Positions 18,846 through 21,247 of a stretch of 21,247 bases of DNA are shown here, piece by piece. The stretch is taken from the IMG/VR virus record IMGVR_UViG_2690316149_000020, positions 1 through 21,247 of that record; one strand, written 5' to 3'. Each line of letters begins with the position of its first letter. Within the stretch, counting starts at the first letter, position 1. Source of the DNA: a virus (Duplodnaviria; Heunggongvirae; Uroviricota; Caudoviricetes). Below the pieces are notes generated by a model, which saw only the letters and a list, made by a program, of their open reading frames with translations, did not search any database and was not told the DNA's origin. A program made the position numbers and the translations under genes.

Positions 18846-20003
18846 TCACTCCACCTTCCCATCAAGCCATTCCGCCCACCACTGCATCATTTCTCTGCGC
18901 TTATCTAGATACTGAGCATGGTTGTAAATCCCGCGCACAGATCCGCCGTTGGCATGTGCAAGTTGCACTTCAATAGCGTCAGCAGGCCATTCGTGCTCGT
19001 TCATAATCGTGCTGAATTCATGCCTGAATCCGTGACCGCTTTCCAGACCCTCATAGCCGATTTGTTTAATCACAAGTAGCACCGCGTTCTCGCAGATTGG
19101 CTTCTTCTTATCGTTGCGTCCGGCAAAAACAAACTCTGATACTGGCTTGGTGATTGAGCTTAGCGTAGTAAGAAGTTCAACCACCTGGTCTGACATCGGG
19201 ACCACATGAATTTTTCGACCCTTCATCACACTGGCGTCGATGGTGATAATCCTGTTTTCAAAATCGACGTTCTTCCATAGCATGGAACGAAGTTCTTTCG
19301 TTCTTAGGGCGGTGTAGCGTAAAACTTTAGTCGCAATAAGCGATACGATACTTCCTGAAAATGTTGCCAGTGCTTTGTTGAATGCCGGGATCTGGTCTGC
19401 AGGAAGAAACGGGAAGTTCTTCTTGCGGTATCCTTTCATGGCGTCTGCAAGGTCAGGTGCCGGGTTATATTTAGCCCTTCCGGTGACAATAGCGTAACGG
19501 AAAACCTCGCCGCATCTTCTGCGTGCTTTGTTGGCTCGCTCCATTGCACCGCGATCTTCAAATCTGCGGATTACTTCCAGCAGTTGCATCGGCTCAATAT
19601 CCTGAATCTCAAGACCGCCGATGATGGGTAAAATGTCGTCATCAAACATTTTTGCAAGTTCAGTCGCATACCCTACTGACCAGACTTGCTTCTTGTGCTC
19701 GTACCATTCCTTGTAAATCGCACTAAATGAATTGTTGTTAGACGAAGCCTTTTTCGCCTTTACCGGATCGATGCCAACCGAGATGTCTTTCCTCGCGGTC
19801 CATGCTTTATCCCTTGCTTCCTGCAAAGTCATAAGCGGATATTTTCCGACGGTCAGGATTTTCTCCTTACCGTCAATCTTGTAGCGAAGCTGCCATACCT
19901 TTTTCCCGGATACAGGGACATAAAGGTACAGGCCATTACCATCGAGAAGGCGGTATGGTTTTTCTTTCGGCTTTGCTGCTTCAATCTGCTTAACGGTGAG
20001 CAT
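18846..20003 (-). CDS. intS: tyrosine recombinase / phage integrase, IntS-like (385 aa from the ATG; the ORF-track GTG start at 20039 would give 397 aa)
   Basis: Sits directly beside the 3' end of argW and is transcribed away from it. C-terminal catalytic-domain residues are visible (...HGFRHEF...HANGGSVRGIYNH...). Sequence and context match the recalled argW-associated IntS family. Confidence 0.85.
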   Translation of the reverse strand: MLTVKQIEAAKPKEKPYRLLDGNGLYLYVPVSGKKVWQLRYKIDGKEKILTVGKYPLMTLQEARDKAWTARKDISVGIDPVKAKKASSNNNSFSAIYKEWYEHKKQVWSVGYATELAKMFDDDILPIIGGLEIQDIEPMQLLEVIRRFEDRGAMERANKARRRCGEVFRYAIVTGRAKYNPAPDLADAMKGYRKKNFPFLPADQIPAFNKALATFSGSIVSLIATKVLRYTALRTKELRSMLWKNVDFENRIITIDASVMKGRKIHVVPMSDQVVELLTTLSSITKPVSEFVFAGRNDKKKPICENAVLLVIKQIGYEGLESGHGFRHEFSTIMNEHEWPADAIEVQLAHANGGSVRGIYNHAQYLDKRREMMQWWAEWLDGKVE

Positions 20004-20080
20004 GGGTAAAAATCCGGTGGGTAAAATTATTTTATCCACTTTTTACCCGTCATGGTGTGCGGCTGTCAACGATCTGACGC

Positions 20081-20100
20081 GAACCATGACGAACCGTGAA
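20081..20100. repeat. tandem 10-bp direct repeat GAACCATGAC / GAACCGTGAA in the int-argW spacer; candidate integrase arm-type sites
   Basis: Two adjacent copies with 2 mismatches. An inverted copy (CCGTCATGG, 20047-20055) lies about 30 bp away. Located between the integrase start and the tRNA 3' end, where the att arm is expected. Confidence 0.3.
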
Positions 20101-20164
20101 TCTACGTAAGGCTTGATATTCAGGGGATTTTGCGGACTGCTACGGATGGGAGCGAACTGATAAA

Positions 20165-20239
20165 TGGTGTCCCCTGCAGGAATCGAACCTGCAATTAGCC
20201 CTTAGGAGGGGCTCGTTATATCCATTTAACTAAGAGGAC
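20165..20239 (-). tRNA. argW: tRNA-Arg (anticodon CCU), argW; prophage attachment target
   Basis: The reverse complement reads GTCCTCTTAGTTAAATGGATATAACGAGCCCCTCCTAAGGGCTAATTGCAGGTTCGATTCCTGCAGGGGACACCA. It has a 7-bp acceptor stem, anticodon loop CTCCTAA with CCT, a T-arm GGTTCGATTCC and a 3' CCA. 75 nt. Confidence 0.9.
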
Positions 20240-20314
20240 AATGCGGCATGAGTATACCCGCTAATGGACTGCGGGGTAAGTACGCTGCCGCTCGATTGCT
20301 TAAACCCTCGCCAT

Positions 20315-21247
20315 TTATGCTGGGTTTTTATCATTTTTCTTAATGTTTTCCGCACGTTCTGCTTTTTGGCGTGCTTCTGCTTTACGCTTGTTGCTCATGT
20401 CGTTACGAATCTGTGCATGACTCATTAACGCGAAGATAAAGGTGCCGCCGCAGATGTTCCCCGCTAAAGTAGGTAGTGCGAAGGGCCAGATGAAATCGCT
20501 CCAGTGCAGCGTGCCGTTAAACACCAGATAGAGGATTTCAACAGAACCGACAACGATGTGGGTGGTGTCACCCAGTGCAATAAGCCAGGTCATCAATATA
20601 ATCACCACAATCTTTGCCGCACCCGCAGCAGGAAACATCCAAACCATAGTGGCGATCAGCCAGCCGGAAATGATCGCGTTGGCAAACATCTCGCTGGGGG
20701 TGTTCTTCATCACATCCATGCCGATTTTGACAAATGCATCGCGAGTTTCTTCATTGAAGATAGGCATATATTCAAATGCCCATGCAGCAATACCTGTCCC
20801 GAGAATATTACCCAGCAGCACGACGCCCCATAATCGCATAAGTAAGCCGACGTTGCTCATTGTCGGTTTTTGCATGACGGGTAGTACCGCAGTCACGGTG
20901 TTTTCGGTAAATAATTGCTGGCGGGCCATAATGACGATAATAAAACCAAAGGTATAACCGAGATTCTCCAGTAAGAAGCTGCCTGGCACTCCTTCCAGTT
21001 CGACATGAAATATCCCTTTTGCCAGTAGCGAAGCGCCCATCGACAGACCCGCCGCAATGGCTGACCACAGTAGCGCCATTGCGTCGCGTTCCAGCTCTTT
21101 TTCACCATCCTGGCGGATATGCTCATGAATTGCCATCGCCCGGGAGGGGAGTCGGTCTTCATCTATTTCTATTTTTTTGCCGCGCTCTTTTTCTTCGCTC
21201 TCAACTTCAATTTCGTCGCTGTGTTGATCAATTTTGTCGTTGTCCAT
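20315..21247 (-). CDS. yfdC: inner-membrane protein of the formate/nitrite transporter (FNT) family, YfdC-like (310 aa); host gene flanking the prophage
   Basis: Full-length ORF whose start codon is the last triplet of the window. Acidic N-terminal tail followed by multiple hydrophobic helices. It is the expected host neighbour of argW in enterobacterial genomes. Confidence 0.8.
   Translation of the reverse strand: MDNDKIDQHSDEIEVESEEKERGKKIEIDEDRLPSRAMAIHEHIRQDGEKELERDAMALLWSAIAAGLSMGASLLAKGIFHVELEGVPGSFLLENLGYTFGFIIVIMARQQLFTENTVTAVLPVMQKPTMSNVGLLMRLWGVVLLGNILGTGIAAWAFEYMPIFNEETRDAFVKIGMDVMKNTPSEMFANAIISGWLIATMVWMFPAAGAAKIVVIILMTWLIALGDTTHIVVGSVEILYLVFNGTLHWSDFIWPFALPTLAGNICGGTFIFALMSHAQIRNDMSNKRKAEARQKAERAENIKKNDKNPA

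Larger units (their letters stand above)
1..20180. mobile_element. P22-like prophage, late/structural half through the integrase-proximal attachment junction; left boundary lies outside the window
   Basis: Colinear P22-order late genes (terS, terL, portal, scaffold, coat, gp4, gp10, gp26, gp14, gp7, gp20, gp16-like, tailspike) followed by a tyrosine integrase abutting the 3' end of a tRNA-Arg gene. The right end is approximate because the att core cannot be delimited without the other junction. Confidence 0.85.

Noticed and set aside
20004-20039. GTG start extending the integrase by 12 codons (MDKIILPTGFLP)
   Set aside because: The ATG at 20003 gives the length expected for IntS-type integrases. 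The GTG extension is plausible but has no clear Shine-Dalgarno, so the alternative is kept only as a note.
1-21247. CRISPR arrays, rRNA genes, or insertion sequences with terminal inverted repeats
   Set aside because: No regularly spaced direct repeats, no rRNA-like conserved stretches and no transposase-like ORF were seen. The only RNA gene is the argW tRNA.

Overview
This window is the late (right-hand) end of a P22-like podovirus prophage integrated at tRNA-Arg(CCU) argW, plus the host junction (argW and the FNT-family membrane protein gene yfdC). Positions 1 to about 14.8 kb are a colinear, intact-looking virion assembly operon on the + strand: small and large terminase, portal, scaffold, coat, an extra gene inserted between coat and gp4, gp4, gp10, tail needle gp26, gp14 and three ejection proteins. 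The last of these carries an N-terminal lytic transglycosylase domain. An AT-rich accessory island follows (14.8-16.4 kb), with three minus-strand genes antisense to the late operon: an HNH-AP2 endonuclease, an Mnt-like ribbon-helix-helix repressor, and a predicted outer-membrane lipoprotein in the position P22 uses for sieA. The tailspike (16397..18637) is mosaic: a conserved P22-type head-binding N-terminus joined to a distal part containing a complete SGNH/GDSL esterase motif set. The integrase lies immediately next to the tailspike, with no serotype-conversion gene between them. The most interesting candidates are the esterase tailspike, the lysogeny-side lipoprotein/Mnt/HNH cassette, and the post-coat insertion. 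All assignments rest on reading the translations and on recalled family motifs and P22 gene order; no database search was run.
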